A DNA stretch of 64,000 nt from the human T2T-CHM13v2.0 reference genome, Homo sapiens: assembly GCF_009914755.1 (NCBI RefSeq), contig NC_060925.1. One strand, 5' to 3'. The translations under genes were made by a program, and so were the position numbers. A model generated the notes under the pieces. That model saw nothing but the letters and a program-made list of their open reading frames with translations. It made no database searches and had not been told where the DNA came from. Of this stretch, positions 14,614-27,954 are shown piece by piece (the first letter of the stretch is position 1; each line of letters begins with the position of its first letter).

Positions 14614-15124
14614 TGTCCCCTTTAACAAAACAAAATTTCTTTTGGCTTTCCATCACCTAGCAAACTTAGTATAGATGTATTAGCTTGATATCTGAGGCAA
14701 TTCAGAATAAAGTTATCATTTGTGTTTCTAGCTTTTTCTCCTTCTTCGTGCTCCAGTAAGACAAACTACTGTACGCCTATGAGTAACTGTATGTATTCTT
14801 GTCTGCGTGCTGTTTCCTCTCTCTGGAAAGCTCTGTTCACACATATCTGTCAATTAAAACACATGCATTTTATCAAGCTCAATTTCAAAGACATCTTTGC
14901 TTTCTCTCTTCTCAATCGGATGCAGTTGTTCCTGTTTTTCTTCCATGGCAGTATGTTTAGAGGAATGTTCTGCTGCTTGGCATAATTTTTTTTTCCTCTT
15001 CTTACTTTTTTGAATCTTACTTTTGCAAATCCTATAGCACAGGCAGAGTTTCCTACTCATACAGGGTGCTAGATACAGAAACAGAAGAATGAGTGATAAT
15101 GATACTGTGTCTACAAGAATGTGA

Positions 15125-15530
15125 ACATCCATTCATTCATTTATTTATTCATTCATTTGTTTCACTCAAATGTTCTTTGAATGCCTGTAGTATGTAAGGT
15201 ACCATGTTAAGAGCCTGGGATACAGAGATCAAGATGACACAGTACATTCCAGTTCTCTAAGAACTCACAAATCCATGTAGGAAAATCACATAAATAATTA
15301 CACAGTGAAAAAGTACAACAATAGAAGTGTCTTTAAATTATGGGAATGATGGGACTTTACCTCTGTTAGAGTGGATAGGTTGGGGGTCAAAGCATGGTGG
15401 TGAGGAGGGGATTGAGCAATTAGAAAAGGTTTCCTGTCATTGGAAATGTCTGATTGGGGTTTTGCAAACTGAATAGGAGTGTACAAGGAATATAGTGAGA
15501 TAAGGAAGGGTGGAGATGCAATGGAAGAGT
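15125..15530 (-). mobile_element. L2 LINE 3' end
   Basis: (cattc)n tail followed by the reverse-complement L2 3' terminal sequence. Confidence 0.65.
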
Positions 15531-15744
15531 TCAAGAAAGCAGCTCTGCTTGCTCTCAGCAGCCCAGCACACTAGGACAATTTGGTCACCAAATAATTATT
15601 TTCCATTTCCAGGTAAAATATGCTGAATGACAGAATCCTTCGACCCCTATGAAAGAAAAAGAGAAGAATAAAGGAACCTCCTTCTGTGACTGCCTTTGGT
15701 TGAAAGTCATTCGTTCTTCTTTTTGTTTTTTTAATGTTTTGTAG

Positions 15745-15939
15745 AGAAAGTCTGTGATTGCTGTGAGCTTCATAGCAGCGTTCCTTTTCCTGCTGGTTGT
15801 GCGTCTTGTAAATGAAGTGAATTTCCCATTGCTACTAAACTGCTTTGGACAACCTGGTACAAAGTGGATACCATTCTCCTACACGTACAGGCGGCCCCTT
15901 CGAACTCACTATGGATACATAAATGTGAAGACACAAGAG
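15745..15939 (+). CDS. ST6GALNAC3: ST6GALNAC3 coding exon 2 (alpha-N-acetylgalactosaminide alpha-2,6-sialyltransferase 3; RK tail, transmembrane anchor, stem)
   Basis: Translation RKSVIAVSFIAAFLFLLVVRLVNEVNFPLLLNCFGQPGTKWIPFSYTYRRPLRTHYGYINVKTQE matches recalled ST6GALNAC3 residues 7-71. A T-rich tract and TAG acceptor end at 15744; the donor is GAG|GTAAGA at 15940. Length 195 nt, phase 0/0. Confidence 0.96.
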
Positions 15940-17559
15940 GTAAGATCCCAGAGGGTTACCTAGCAGTTGGAGAGTATCCATGGTAACAGCTTTTCTTTAG
16001 GAGCCAGAGGGCTTCCAACTCACTGAACTTACTCTGTCTGCCCCGGAGAGCTTGCTTGGGTCCCTGACAACATCTTCTGTCTTATTATTCTTAGACATTT
16101 ACTGACAAATGTCTAAATCTGCCACCCCTCCTACATTAAATCTTCTGATTCACTGGCTTCATATGGAGTCAAGGAAGCAATTACTTGTTTTCCTGGTGGT
16201 TTGTGGCACAACGTACATATCTCTCCATTTAGAAGCTCTGATCAGCAGTTACCAGCTGGAGAACTAGCTGGCTTGATTTCCTGTAGGTCAACTGGTTGGG
16301 GAGAGCTCTTTATAGAACTTCAAAAATGCATTTATACTCCTTAAAACTCTGTAATCCTTAGACCTGGAGCTAGAAAAGGCCAAGCTGATTTTAAAATTTG
16401 CAGTGGCTGCAGAGATAATGGGATTTAAAGAGTTTTCAAATTTAAAGGGGTTAAAATCGTGTAAATCCTATAATCACAGAAGCTTTAAATCTTTGTAGCC
16501 AATTGGTAGTACAGGAGAGGATGGAGGTATATTGACAACTAGAAAGTGCACACTATGCTAGCGCTTTTGCAAGCAAGCATTTGTCTCATAAAGTAAAATA
16601 AAAATAATGAACCTCACAAAATATGTGATGTATATAGAAGTGCTTAATAAAATTGTTTTCACTATTCATTTCTATGGAGTTGGATGAATGTGAGTTTAAT
16701 ATTCAGAGACACAAAGTCCAAGCCTGTTTGAAATTGTTGGTAACAAAGGTACAAGCTACCAGTGTGTCTACATTACTAGGAAGAGTCTTGGATCAGCTCC
16801 CATCGAAAGGTCATTTTGTAAAGATACTAGAGGGTAGAGTCATGCATGGAATGCTACTCCTGTCCTGAGAGTTATTCTTAGCATTCTGGGAGGATGCTAA
16901 GCTTGGTCTACCCCCTTTTGTAGTCAATCTCATATCTGAGTCATTGCTTCTGGTTAATTTGATTCTTCGAAAATTGTTTCTGTATCTGCAGGATTTACAG
17001 GCCTTTATTAGAATTTTATAGTTGAAAAAAAGCACCATTAATAACACATAAATTCTTAGAATCTTTGATGTTTATCCTCTAATTGGTTTTAAATTAATTT
17101 TTTTACAGTGTCTATTGCTTGAATTTGTTGAGTGTCCTAATAAATTGATTACCTATATAAAAATGTATCTCTTTGAGGAGAGTTTGTCTCACCCTCATCT
17201 TTTGTTACTTTTATTTCTGGCTATCATTTAATATTCTATAACTCTACTGTATGGTGTTAATCAATTCACAAGTGCCTGTCACAGGCTGAAAATGAAACAT
17301 GTGACTAAAATGTCTCACGAAGTATTCTCATATGGGAAATCCCGTCAAATATCAAAGACCCTTTCATTTCTTTAAATATTAATGAATTTGATTTCGGAGT
17401 GTGAAAGGAAAAACTGACCTATGGATGCAGTTATTTAATTAGTTCTATTAACTGGGCTATCTTTGAAATTATTTTGATGTAGTTTTTAATACAATGATTT
17501 TACAAAAGAATATTGAATATTATTTTGCTCCTGCAAAGGTTATTTCTTAGGAGAAAACA

Positions 17560-17795
17560 TAGTTACTGGAAAGAATCTGGGCTTTGGAAGCACACAGGCA
17601 TGGTTTGAGAGTCAGTTCTAACATTTAATGAACTTAAGCAGTATATTTGCTTTTGGGTAACTTCCTTAACCTCAGAGCCCCAATTTCCTTATTTGCAAAA
17701 TAAGGATAACAACATCAGCCTAGCAAAATTATTTTGAGGATAAAATAAGTCGAAGTATATGAGGTTCCCAGCTCCAAATTGCTATTCAATGAATG
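17560..17795 (+). mobile_element. MIR SINE
   Basis: gggctttggaagc...cttaacctcagagccccaatttccttatttgcaaaataagg...gaggataaaata resembles the MIR core. Confidence 0.65.
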
Positions 17796-17929
17796 AATTG
17801 CTTTTGCTTTCTCTGTACTTTCCAGTATGGCATAAAGTGTTCAGTATGAATAACATCAAATTATCACAGTCCAGAGTACCAGAATTTATATGTACATTTT
17901 AAAGATCCTGGACTTGGGGGAATAAACAC

Positions 17930-18740
17930 ATGTAGGGGTTCTCAATCTCATTAGTAATCATGGTTTTACAAATTAAAACCACAATGAGAAAAATATTTAA
18001 AAATCACAAAGAGATACTAATATACATGAAACGCCAGATTGGCAAAAAATTAAGAAGTCTGACAATACCAAGTGTTGACGAGGATGTGGAACAACAGATA
18101 CTATTGTATACTTGTAGTGGGAGTAAAAATTGTAATACCCACTTTGGAAAAAACAGCTCCACTGTTGTATTGAGCAAAGTTGAAGATTTACATGCTGTAT
18201 GCCCAACCATTTCTAGTCATGGATATCTACACTAGAGGTGCTCATGAACCCGTGCACTGGAAGGCATGGACAGAACATGTGGCAGCATTTTTCCTAGTAG
18301 CCGGAACCTAGAATATACCTAAATATTGATGAGTAGGAGAATGAATTAGAGTCGTGCCACATACATTTGGAATACCATACAGCAATGGCGATGAAGAAAC
18401 TGCAAGTATATGTGACCACATGGAAGATAAAGCAAAGTACACAATGTGATTCCGTTTATGGGTCACAAGAAGAGACTAAACTAAATAATGTTGCTTAGGG
18501 ACATATACAACGGTAAACTAAAAAAGGAAAAAAAAAGCAAGGAAATTATTATTATGAAAGGGGGTCTAGCGGTTACCTCTGAGAGGAGTGGGCAGCTTGT
18601 GATCAGAATGGGTTTCTGGGGATTTAGCAATATACTATCTGTTGATCCTGTTGGAGGTTACACAGATGTTCACAGTCCATTTATTAAGTATAAATTTATG
18701 GTTTTTGGACTTGTATGTCTATTTTATTAAAAAATTCAAA
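17930..18740 (+). mobile_element. Ancient L1M (L1ME-like) 3' fragment
   Basis: Degenerate ORF2 C-terminus (QIKTTMR...DEDVEQ) followed by an L1ME-type 3'UTR. Confidence 0.75.
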
Positions 18741-19102
18741 ATATATTCTGATCCCAGGAAGGATGTTTATTTACCATTTACCATGGGGAAGGAATCATAC
18801 AAAACAATTCACCTAATTCAGCAGCAGGAAATAACTAAAAAGAAGCAATGGGATATTAAGCTATCTAAAGCAAACTAGGAATATTTGAAATAGGCAATTT
18901 GATTTTCTATAAAGACTAACAGACACATAAGCAACTTATTTCTCTAGTTCTGGTCTATGCATGATAGACCCCATATTGCATCATGAATGCAGGTGATAGA
19001 GCAGAAAATTTTGCATGAAAGTTGAAAACATTAGAACACTCAAAGGGAATGACAGATTTTCTCCTAAATTCAAGTAGTTCTAGGCTAACTCGGGAGAAAA
19101 TA

Positions 19103-19205
19103 AAAACTTTGTGACTTTTTACCACCCTTCTCAATGATTTCATCCTTTGTTCTGACAGTCCCACCCCTACCACCATGTCTGTGCCATGCTCTTACTCCCA
19201 AATGA
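19103..19205 (+). repeat. Dispersed direct repeat, copy 1 (103 bp)
   Basis: Ungapped match to 21733-21835 with 5 substitutions. Confidence 0.95.
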
Positions 19206-21732
19206 TTGTGCATTTGTTCTCACTGTAATGTCCTCAGGCGCAATCCGTTGCAGAAATGGTTACATTAAATAAGAGACACAGTATGATAAAGCTTTCAAGA
19301 GCCAAAGTAATATAGCTGAAATGATAGGTGGTGAGTTCAGTGTTCTAGGACAAATAGCTTAAATAGTGACCACAAAACCATGCTTCAGAGATTATCACAC
19401 ACTAAGTCCCTATTCATTCTATTCTAATTCTGAGAAGGTCAATAGGCTTAGCTGAACTGAGTCAGGTGATCACCAAGCTGATCTACTTATTTCAAGATCT
19501 TGGCCCTTAAAGTTTTCTCAGAAGACTTTCCCCTTAAATGCATATGGTTTCTGGAAATTACTAAACTTCTTAGTATTTTTTTAAATATGCAGGCATGCCA
19601 GCAGTGATTTCCAGACCTAGAGCATCTGCAAACACCATGGCTGTTGATGATGGGTTTACTGCCTGATGCTTCAGCTTGGCCAGAAGTTGCTGTAACTAGT
19701 CATAGATTTTATGAGCTGAAATGATTACAAGAAAGAATGTCTCTTTACTACTGTCTAAAGAAAAGTGGAATGGGAGGCAGCAGAATTAGGTCAAACATCT
19801 AGTGGACACTGTGGAGTGTAGGGTTGCTTAGGAGCAAAATCTGATTCTTTAGTTATCTTTTAAAAATAGATGACTCTGGTCCCTTTGGATTGGCACAAGT
19901 GAAAATATAGCTGGTTTGTGAATCTATGACAGCCTGCCCTGAAGGCCCCACATATAGTAAATTATACCCAGTTTAAGCTCTGCTTCATTTTATCAATTAA
20001 TCTGTTTTTTTTTTAAAAAATAATCTGTTCCCAGGGGAAATACAAAAATTAAAATAAAAGGAACACAGGAGAGATGTGGTTTTGCTTATATTTCAAGCTG
20101 TTTATTTTTTTCCCTGATGTAGATCCATAAAAAAGAGCATGTGAAAACTGTGATGACTATTATAAAGGGGTTAAATAGAAAGATCAAAATATTCCTCCCA
20201 CTGTAATAATGATGATCTAAATATAACAGAGTTGGTGATTGGCTTTAACTCTTTACCTTTACCCAGTCTCCCCTTCACTTTCTCAATGAGTGTAAGCTAA
20301 GGTTCTTTTCTATGGGGGAGGGGAAGTCTTGAGAAGCAGGGAAGAAAAATGAGTGCCAACTAACTGGGTGAGTGCTGAAATTCTGAAAGTCTTCGCTGGC
20401 CACGGAGCCCCAAATTTCTCATCAACACGTGTTTAAGCTGATAGCAACCATGATTTCAAACCAAAGCTTGGATCAGGAGTGATTTAGATTTTGCAACAGA
20501 CCCTGCCCTCGCCTCCCTGCTGTGTCATTACCGTGTCTATAATGCAATCCCCCATTTTAAAAATGACAATGTGGAGATTCCACCTATAGCATTATGGCAG
20601 AATTACTGTATTATCAACTGGCTTTGGATATGGTAAAAAGTATATGTCACCCATGTATTTTTCCAGAAAAAAATTAAAAACAGAAACGTGCTTCACAATA
20701 TCCTAAAACCCTATTTTCCCCTTGAAACAAATGCTATTTATTTTAAATTATTAATTATAGCAGACAGAGGAGGTATAAAGGACTAAGGTAGTCCAGGGCT
20801 TGGTTCAAGGTAATCTTGCTTTCTCCTGTTGAGATCATGGCAGATTTTTGGGAAAAAGGAGAAAACGAACTTCAAGCTAGGTTCTATTTGTAGTTGCCTA
20901 TGAGGGACTCAGTCATTGTGTTGTCTTTTTTGTTGTGTGACCTGGTGTGAAGACATTGCTCAGAGCAAGCAGCCTGCAGTTTATTTGCATTTACTGCTAG
21001 ATGAAAGGATCCAGCTTGGGTGATCAATAGGATGCCAAGGCCAGATCTTATTGGTAATCAGTGAGGGTGACAGATGTCTTCCTTAGACCTGATAGGATCT
21101 TCCCCTTAAGATGCTGGGGCTACAGAGGATTTCTGGTATTTGGGGAAGAGTGCCCTTTCCCTGGGTGCCTGAAATGTGCCAAGTGGAGAGGTGCAAGATT
21201 GCCAGAACACAGGAAGCAAGTGCAGGGCTGCATACTGACTTACTCGACAATTTAATGAGGCTGAAGTATGCCTCTTTAAAAAATGAGAACGTTTTAAAAC
21301 CTCAAGTAGACTAAATAGGAATATTTAGGATCAGTTGCTGTGACAGACAGGCCACACTAGCCTAATTAAAGATGTGCATAACATATTGATGTTGCAATAG
21401 AATTTCCCAAATTATGGTTATAGTAACAATTAAGGAAGAGAGCTGACTTTCTTGGTGATAAAAGCACACACTCCACACATTTAAATAAATGTACACATGT
21501 AACTAAAGCTGACATGAATAGGTTTTCTATATTTGGTAATAGAGGCTTTGGGTTTTACGTAAGTATATTGAGAGCAATTATGTGCAAATGTATGTCCCAA
21601 AAGTTTAAAACTGATCCATTTAATTGTTAATTAAAATCCGAACATTCTCATTTATGTAATCATAAAGCAAAATGAAATTTGAGTATTAAATGTTATAGAA
21701 AAGGAAACAGCTAAATTAACATATAATAAATC

Positions 21733-21835
21733 AAAACTTTGTGACTTTTTACCACCCTCCTCATTGATTTCATCCTTTGTTCTGACAGCCCCACCCCTAC
21801 CAGCATGTCTGTACCATGCTCTTACTCCCAAATGA
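21733..21835 (+). repeat. Dispersed direct repeat, copy 2 (103 bp)
   Basis: Ungapped match to 19103-19205, offset 2630 bp. Confidence 0.95.
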
Positions 21836-22855
21836 ATTTGACATGTGTGTATTGGATTTGTCATTTTAAGGATAATTTATCATTTTTCTCAAGTATGAAA
21901 GGATATATTTTTTGAGTGGAGAAGAGATGACTATGTTTCTCAGTCTGGTTGTGAAATAGCAACTTTCAATCAATGACCATATCTCCAGACAATCTATGAG
22001 TGCCAGATGAGAAGGACAGATGCCACTGTGGGTTAGAATATTTCCAGGAAGCTTTTGTGGGAGAGGTGAGACATGTGCTTTGGAGAAAGATTTGGATGGG
22101 ACAGAGGAAGAAGACAAAGCAGAGTTGGGTAAAAAAGCAAAGGTTCAGAATATGTATTGTGCATTTTCCTTCAGCCCCTATGACTCCCAGTAGGCCAAGG
22201 ACACTATATGGAAAGCTACAGTAAAGCCCTAATGTCTGTGCTGGTAATCGTCATTGCCTCACACTTGGTGGATCCATTTCATACCTTTCTCTGGATTCAA
22301 TACCTTTAGTCCTAATCGTGTGGCTCTTCTTTTTGTTTAGCTGGTTATCTAGTCTTGTAGTGCTCTTACCTTGGCCCTACTGCCCTGCATACTATGTAGG
22401 GGGTCACTTCTAATAATGCTTCTCTCTGTGTACCCCTGACATGGACACAACTCCCCATTTCCAAGGGGCCCCTGAAGTACTGCCCAGGCCTCTGCAATCC
22501 TCTGACTTCCAGAGAAGGAAGTCAGGCACATGTACAGGTAATACATAGGTCAACCTGGCTGGAACTTACTCTGGAATATAGAAGAAGATAGAAAATGCAT
22601 TCATTGGGTAATTATGATCTGGGAATGTGAGTGGGATTATGGAAAGACCACACTCCTATTTAGACATAGGAGTAATACATACATGTAATATATATATACA
22701 TTCATAGTTATGAATCAGTATATACAAGTATATGGAAAATACATACATGTATGCATGCATGCAGCATATACATGCATACATGTTCACAGATCAAGTTCTA
22801 GCCACTTAAATACAAACATACATAGAATATATACAACATACTATGTTATACATTA

Positions 22856-22943
22856 AAATGGTATGTAAAATGGTGTGTAAATGGTGTAAAATGGTATATA
22901 TACACACACACACACACACACACATTATATATATATATATATA
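22856..22943. repeat. Short AAATGGTRT repeats followed by (CA)n/(TA)n microsatellite
   Basis: Read directly from the sequence. Confidence 0.85.
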
Positions 22944-22959
22944 GTCAGGTAGGTGTATA

Positions 22960-23455
22960 GTGTGCCTTTTGCGGTTGTCTACTCTCCACCTTCCCTTTAT
23001 TAGAGAAGGTGGCCCTTCCTTTTGACCACAAGGGTGAGCAGAAAAGTCAGGCTAGTGATTGGTCAATCAAGTGATTGGTTGAGGGGTGGGCTCATGGCCC
23101 AAGATGAGCCATTCTGAAGCCTTCTCAAATTTTATTATGTTTTTCTGGGACACACTGGCAGGAAAGGCCCCCTTTTCTCTGGTGGTAAAGCTGTTGGGAT
23201 GTGATTCTCTGGATGTCAGTAGCTGTGTTCCCAAGACAGAATGAGACAAAGACACTGAGAGAAGCAGAAACAAGTTGCAAGGCTAATGTGAAGACCCAGA
23301 CAACACTTCAGGTCCTGAGCTCAATTCTTGAAGGCAGCCTCCCCTCCCATCCCCCATGGTTTGGGTGTATAAGCCAATATATTTGTCTTCTTTTTACTTT
23401 TGCTGGTTTGAACTGTTTTTGTCCCTTGCAACCAAAAAAGTCCTAGCTGATATAT
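22960..23455 (+). mobile_element. Old MaLR LTR (MLT1J/K-like)
   Basis: 3' end ...ttttgtcccttgcaaccaaaaaagtcctagctgatata and internal tgattggttgaggggtgggc...ggcccaa are typical of old MLT1. Confidence 0.55.
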
Positions 23456-24772
23456 TGTAGTTATTTTACAGCCACCACCACCAAATGTTCAGTAACTCAT
23501 CTTTAAACAAGGTGCCATCTGAAGGAGGAGAGGAGTAGTCTTTCCAAATCTGCACTCTCAAACCTGCTGGGGGGCCAAACACAAGTCACATCCATCAGTC
23601 AGTGCAGGTGTCTGCAAGGGGTGAACGCTGTCTATCTTTCTGCTTAGGTGCATATTGCTTAGTAAACTAGCTTATCCTTTTGTGGTAGAAAAATGAAGGT
23701 CAATTTCCCAAGGTTATAATGCCAGAAAATGGCTGGACAAGACTGACTACTACCTGAATTGCTAGTCGTACTCAACTGATAAATCATATAGTTTCATTAT
23801 AATTGTTAGATGAAAATTTCTCTATTGCTGTGAGGCATCAGCAGTCAAACTAGATTGATTTTCACTTTACAAATCACATTTTTTATTGATGAAAAATCCA
23901 TTATTATCATAGGTTTTAATGTAGTGATCGGTTCCTCAGGAAGATATACCGCAGTTTTATTTATTACAGAGCCTTAGGTAGAAAAGTCCCCATTTGCCAA
24001 CTATCTTGTTAACGCACTTGAAAGGGGCCTATTAGAAATTCAACTATCAAATTACCTCATTTGTGACAAGCAAAGGAAAACAAAACAGTGTATCTATCAC
24101 AAATACCTTGATTTGAGGGTTGAAAAAGATGATAGAACTCATGTCCTGATGTAGAGAGTTTTTCTATAGCTCTTCTCAAGCTGATGGCCTGGCAGAGTGA
24201 CTAGTGCGAAAAGCTTTCATCAAATGGCAATTGGTATTAACCAAATACCAAATATTTTGAAAAGTGCTTATTCTGTTCCAGACATTGTGCTAAGGATCAG
24301 CAATGAACTGTAATTTAAAGAAGTGTTAAAATTGGGGTTCACCAAAGAAGAGAACAACATGGACCCAAGTTAGGAGTATCCTGGAACAATACCACCTAGA
24401 AGGTGTTTGCATTGCAGCCTGTAATGATGATGGCTGAGTAACCATCTTACACAAGAAATTCATTTCACTGTTCTCAAGAATAGTGAACATTCAAGTAATT
24501 TCAATTAAACACTTATATTTAATGTCTAAAAGGTAATTTGTCACTAAGTAGATGGCATCAAATTGTGAGTTCTTATTTTTCAGAGTAGCCTTACAAAGGC
24601 TTATTCACAAAAGAAAGATAGCCATTACAGAATATTTCATTTCAAAAATAACTATATGCTTTTATATCAAATGTTATCCACCACCGCCCCCCACCCCCCC
24701 ACAAGTTTGGGAAATAGTATGTCTGGTTAACCGAGTCATCTGACTAATAGGCATTTGCCAAGTATTTAATAA

Positions 24773-25005
<233 letters not shown>

Positions 25006-25805
25006 TAATATGTGTATTTGAGTATTTGCTCTGTTGTCTTCTTCAAATATGAACATTTACGAATCCCAAAGTATACCTGGTTCAAATGATTTTAGATAAG
25101 GGATTGCAGGCCTGTGTCAAACACAGACTATAAAAATGATTAAGAATGAATAAAATACATGGGAAGCAAAGTTCTAGCAAAAATAAAATATCTCTGAAAA
25201 ATAATTGAATATAATGACTAGAAATAAATAAATAAAATTGTAATACCTCAGTGGTTAGGTTAAATGACAGTCACTGTGTTAAGTATTTTATGTGCCATTT
25301 TCTTTTAGCTCTTACGGAGTACATACTATTTTACTGATTTAACTAATTTTTCAAGGCCCCCAAAGTATTGATTCTATGCTAGTGTCTTTCATTGTCCTGT
25401 GTGGCAAAACAAGAACCTAAGACTATCCTAGTCAACAAATTCCTTTAAATGGTTTCACAGAGTGTCTGCCAATTCATGAAGTCAGTAAGTTCATGGAATC
25501 CCATTTGTTGAATTTACTACATGCAACGCACTGTGCTAGGCTCTGAAATTGTAAAAAAGAAAACACTTTTTGCCTAGGGATAAATAAAATTTTTTCATAA
25601 TGTTAAAGGCTAATAAAGAAGGTAGAATAACATGTGAAAGATTATTTTAACTCTTTAAATGTAGTCATAGAAAGAAAGTTTGGAGATAATACTTCAAAAT
25701 ATTAACTGTGATGGTCTATATCTGGGTTGTAAATTTTAGAATTTTTTTAAAAAACATGTTTTCCAAATTTTCTACAATGAGCACATATTGTATTTATTAC
25801 TAGAA

Positions 25806-26095
<290 letters not shown>

Positions 26096-26224
26096 GAAGA
26101 AGTATTTTTTAAGCAATGTATATCTGTGAAACACTCTAGAACTTTCACTATCATTTAAAGAATAGGATTTAAAATGTCTAGATAAATATATTGTTTGGAA
26201 TACTTTAAAAAGTGAATATTCTCC

Positions 26225-26830
26225 CATTCCTTAAATGTGGGTTTCTCCTAGTGACTCCCTTAATAGGACTACAATATGGAAAGGAGAATAAATAGTAACT
26301 GTGGTGGAAAGGCTGACAAACACTATCTCAGCTAAGTGATCAAGGTTAACATCAATAGTGACAAATGGTGTTGGTAGTATATACCCTTGGTATGATGTGA
26401 TGAAACCGACACTTTACCACTGAGGCCATCTTCCCCAAATCCCATAAGCCTGTTTAATCATGAGATAAATATCAGACAAATAAATATTGGGGGCCGTTCT
26501 ACAGAACACGTGATGACAACTCCTCTAAACTGTTCAGGTTATCAAAAACGAGGAAAGTCTGAGAAACCCCCACAGCCAAGAGTGTCCTAAGGAAACATGA
26601 CAACTAAATGCAATGTGGTATCCTGGATGGGCTCCTGAACAGAAAAAAAGACATTAGATCAAAACTAAGTATGAGTAAAGTATGGACTTGAGTTAATAAT
26701 AATTAATTGTAACAAATGTATTATACTATACGAGATGTTGATAATGGAGAAACTGAGTGTGGGCTATATGGTAACTATCTTCTCAATTTTTAAATAAATC
26801 TGAAACTATTCCAAAATATAAGGTTTGCTT
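26225..26830 (+). mobile_element. L1MC/MD-like 3'UTR fragment
   Basis: gacaactaaatgcaatgtggtatcctggatggg...gacattag...aaactattccaaaat is typical of L1MC 3' ends. Confidence 0.65.
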
Positions 26831-27025
26831 TTTTTATTAATTATTGCACTTTCATTTTTTTAATTTTTCACATATATATATTTTTATTATACTTTAAGTT
26901 CTAGGGTACATGTGCACAACGTGCAGGTTTGTTACATATGTATACATGTGCCAAACACTGCATGTTCTCACTCATAGGTGGGAATTGAACAATGAGAACA
27001 CTTGGATACAGGAAGGTTTGCTTTT
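26820..27025 (-). mobile_element. Miniature twin-primed young L1PA with perfect 13-bp TSD
   Basis: TSD aaggtttgctttt at 26820-26832 and 27013-27025, followed by AA. L1 3' terminus on the - strand about 26884-26953; inverted 3'UTR piece on the + strand about 26954-27012. Confidence 0.92.
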
Positions 27026-27954
27026 AAAAAAGGTATTTAGGTTTTTGACCTGTGCATCTGGAAGGTTGGAATTGTCATTGACTGAGATGGAGAAGACCAT
27101 AGGAGAAGGTGAATTGAAAAAATTTGAAATATACTAGTCTAGCCCCATAGGGCAGGGATGTATAAGATACATGCATTGTGAATACATCACTGTTTTAATA
27201 TTCTGTATTTAATACAATAAATATTTTGGCAGAGAAATAGTGAGTATTCTAGAAATAATTCCTGTCCTCTTTAAGAAGTACAAGTTCTTCAAAGATTCCC
27301 CAGGAACAGCTGTGCAAGTCAGTGTGGCTTTCTAATCTCTTTCATCTATACTTACACACTATAACAGTTTTTTCTATTGCAATGCAGCCCAAGTTTTTTG
27401 CAAGGTAAATTATTTGTAATATTCTTAGGAAGAAAAGGTAGAAAGTAAATAACTTTTTGGTGGCTTGGTATGGTGTTGTATTTTGCCAATAACTATTTAT
27501 TTCCAATAGTGTTTAATGATATTTATTGGATTGAAGAAAGTTAGCTATCTTTCAGGTATCTTTCCCAGAGCTCACAGGACAATATTTCCAGCATGCCCCC
27601 GGAATGGTAGACATGCTGAAAATATTGTCCTGTGAGCTCTGACAATCTAGTACTTGTCACAAATAATTATTTTTACAATTATTATTACTATTATTATTAT
27701 ATTATTGCTACCATTGGTATACATACACACAAATATATATATATATATTTGGTCTTTTTGTGCTCTTTATTTTGTTTCATTGATCAACATTTTTTTGGTA
27801 AATGCTATTTTTATATAATTGTTGCTTGTAGTATTAGACCTACTTCTTTTTGCTCATCTTTTTTCAGAAATCTTTAATAAATTCACCTCTGTATGAATTT
27901 CAGCATCATTTTATTAAGTAGATGGGAAATCTTGGGTGTGTCAGAAAACTATTT

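Noticed and set aside
15754-15963. ORF-track call of a standalone 69-aa membrane peptide
   Set aside because: It is the internal ST6GALNAC3 exon read from a GTG and running through the splice donor.
19110-21830. The 103-bp direct repeats as LTRs of a 2.7-kb element (an internal TG...CA can be drawn)
   Set aside because: Homology extends beyond the TG and CA on both sides, and there is no TSD, primer-binding site, polypurine tract or retroviral coding remnant between the copies.
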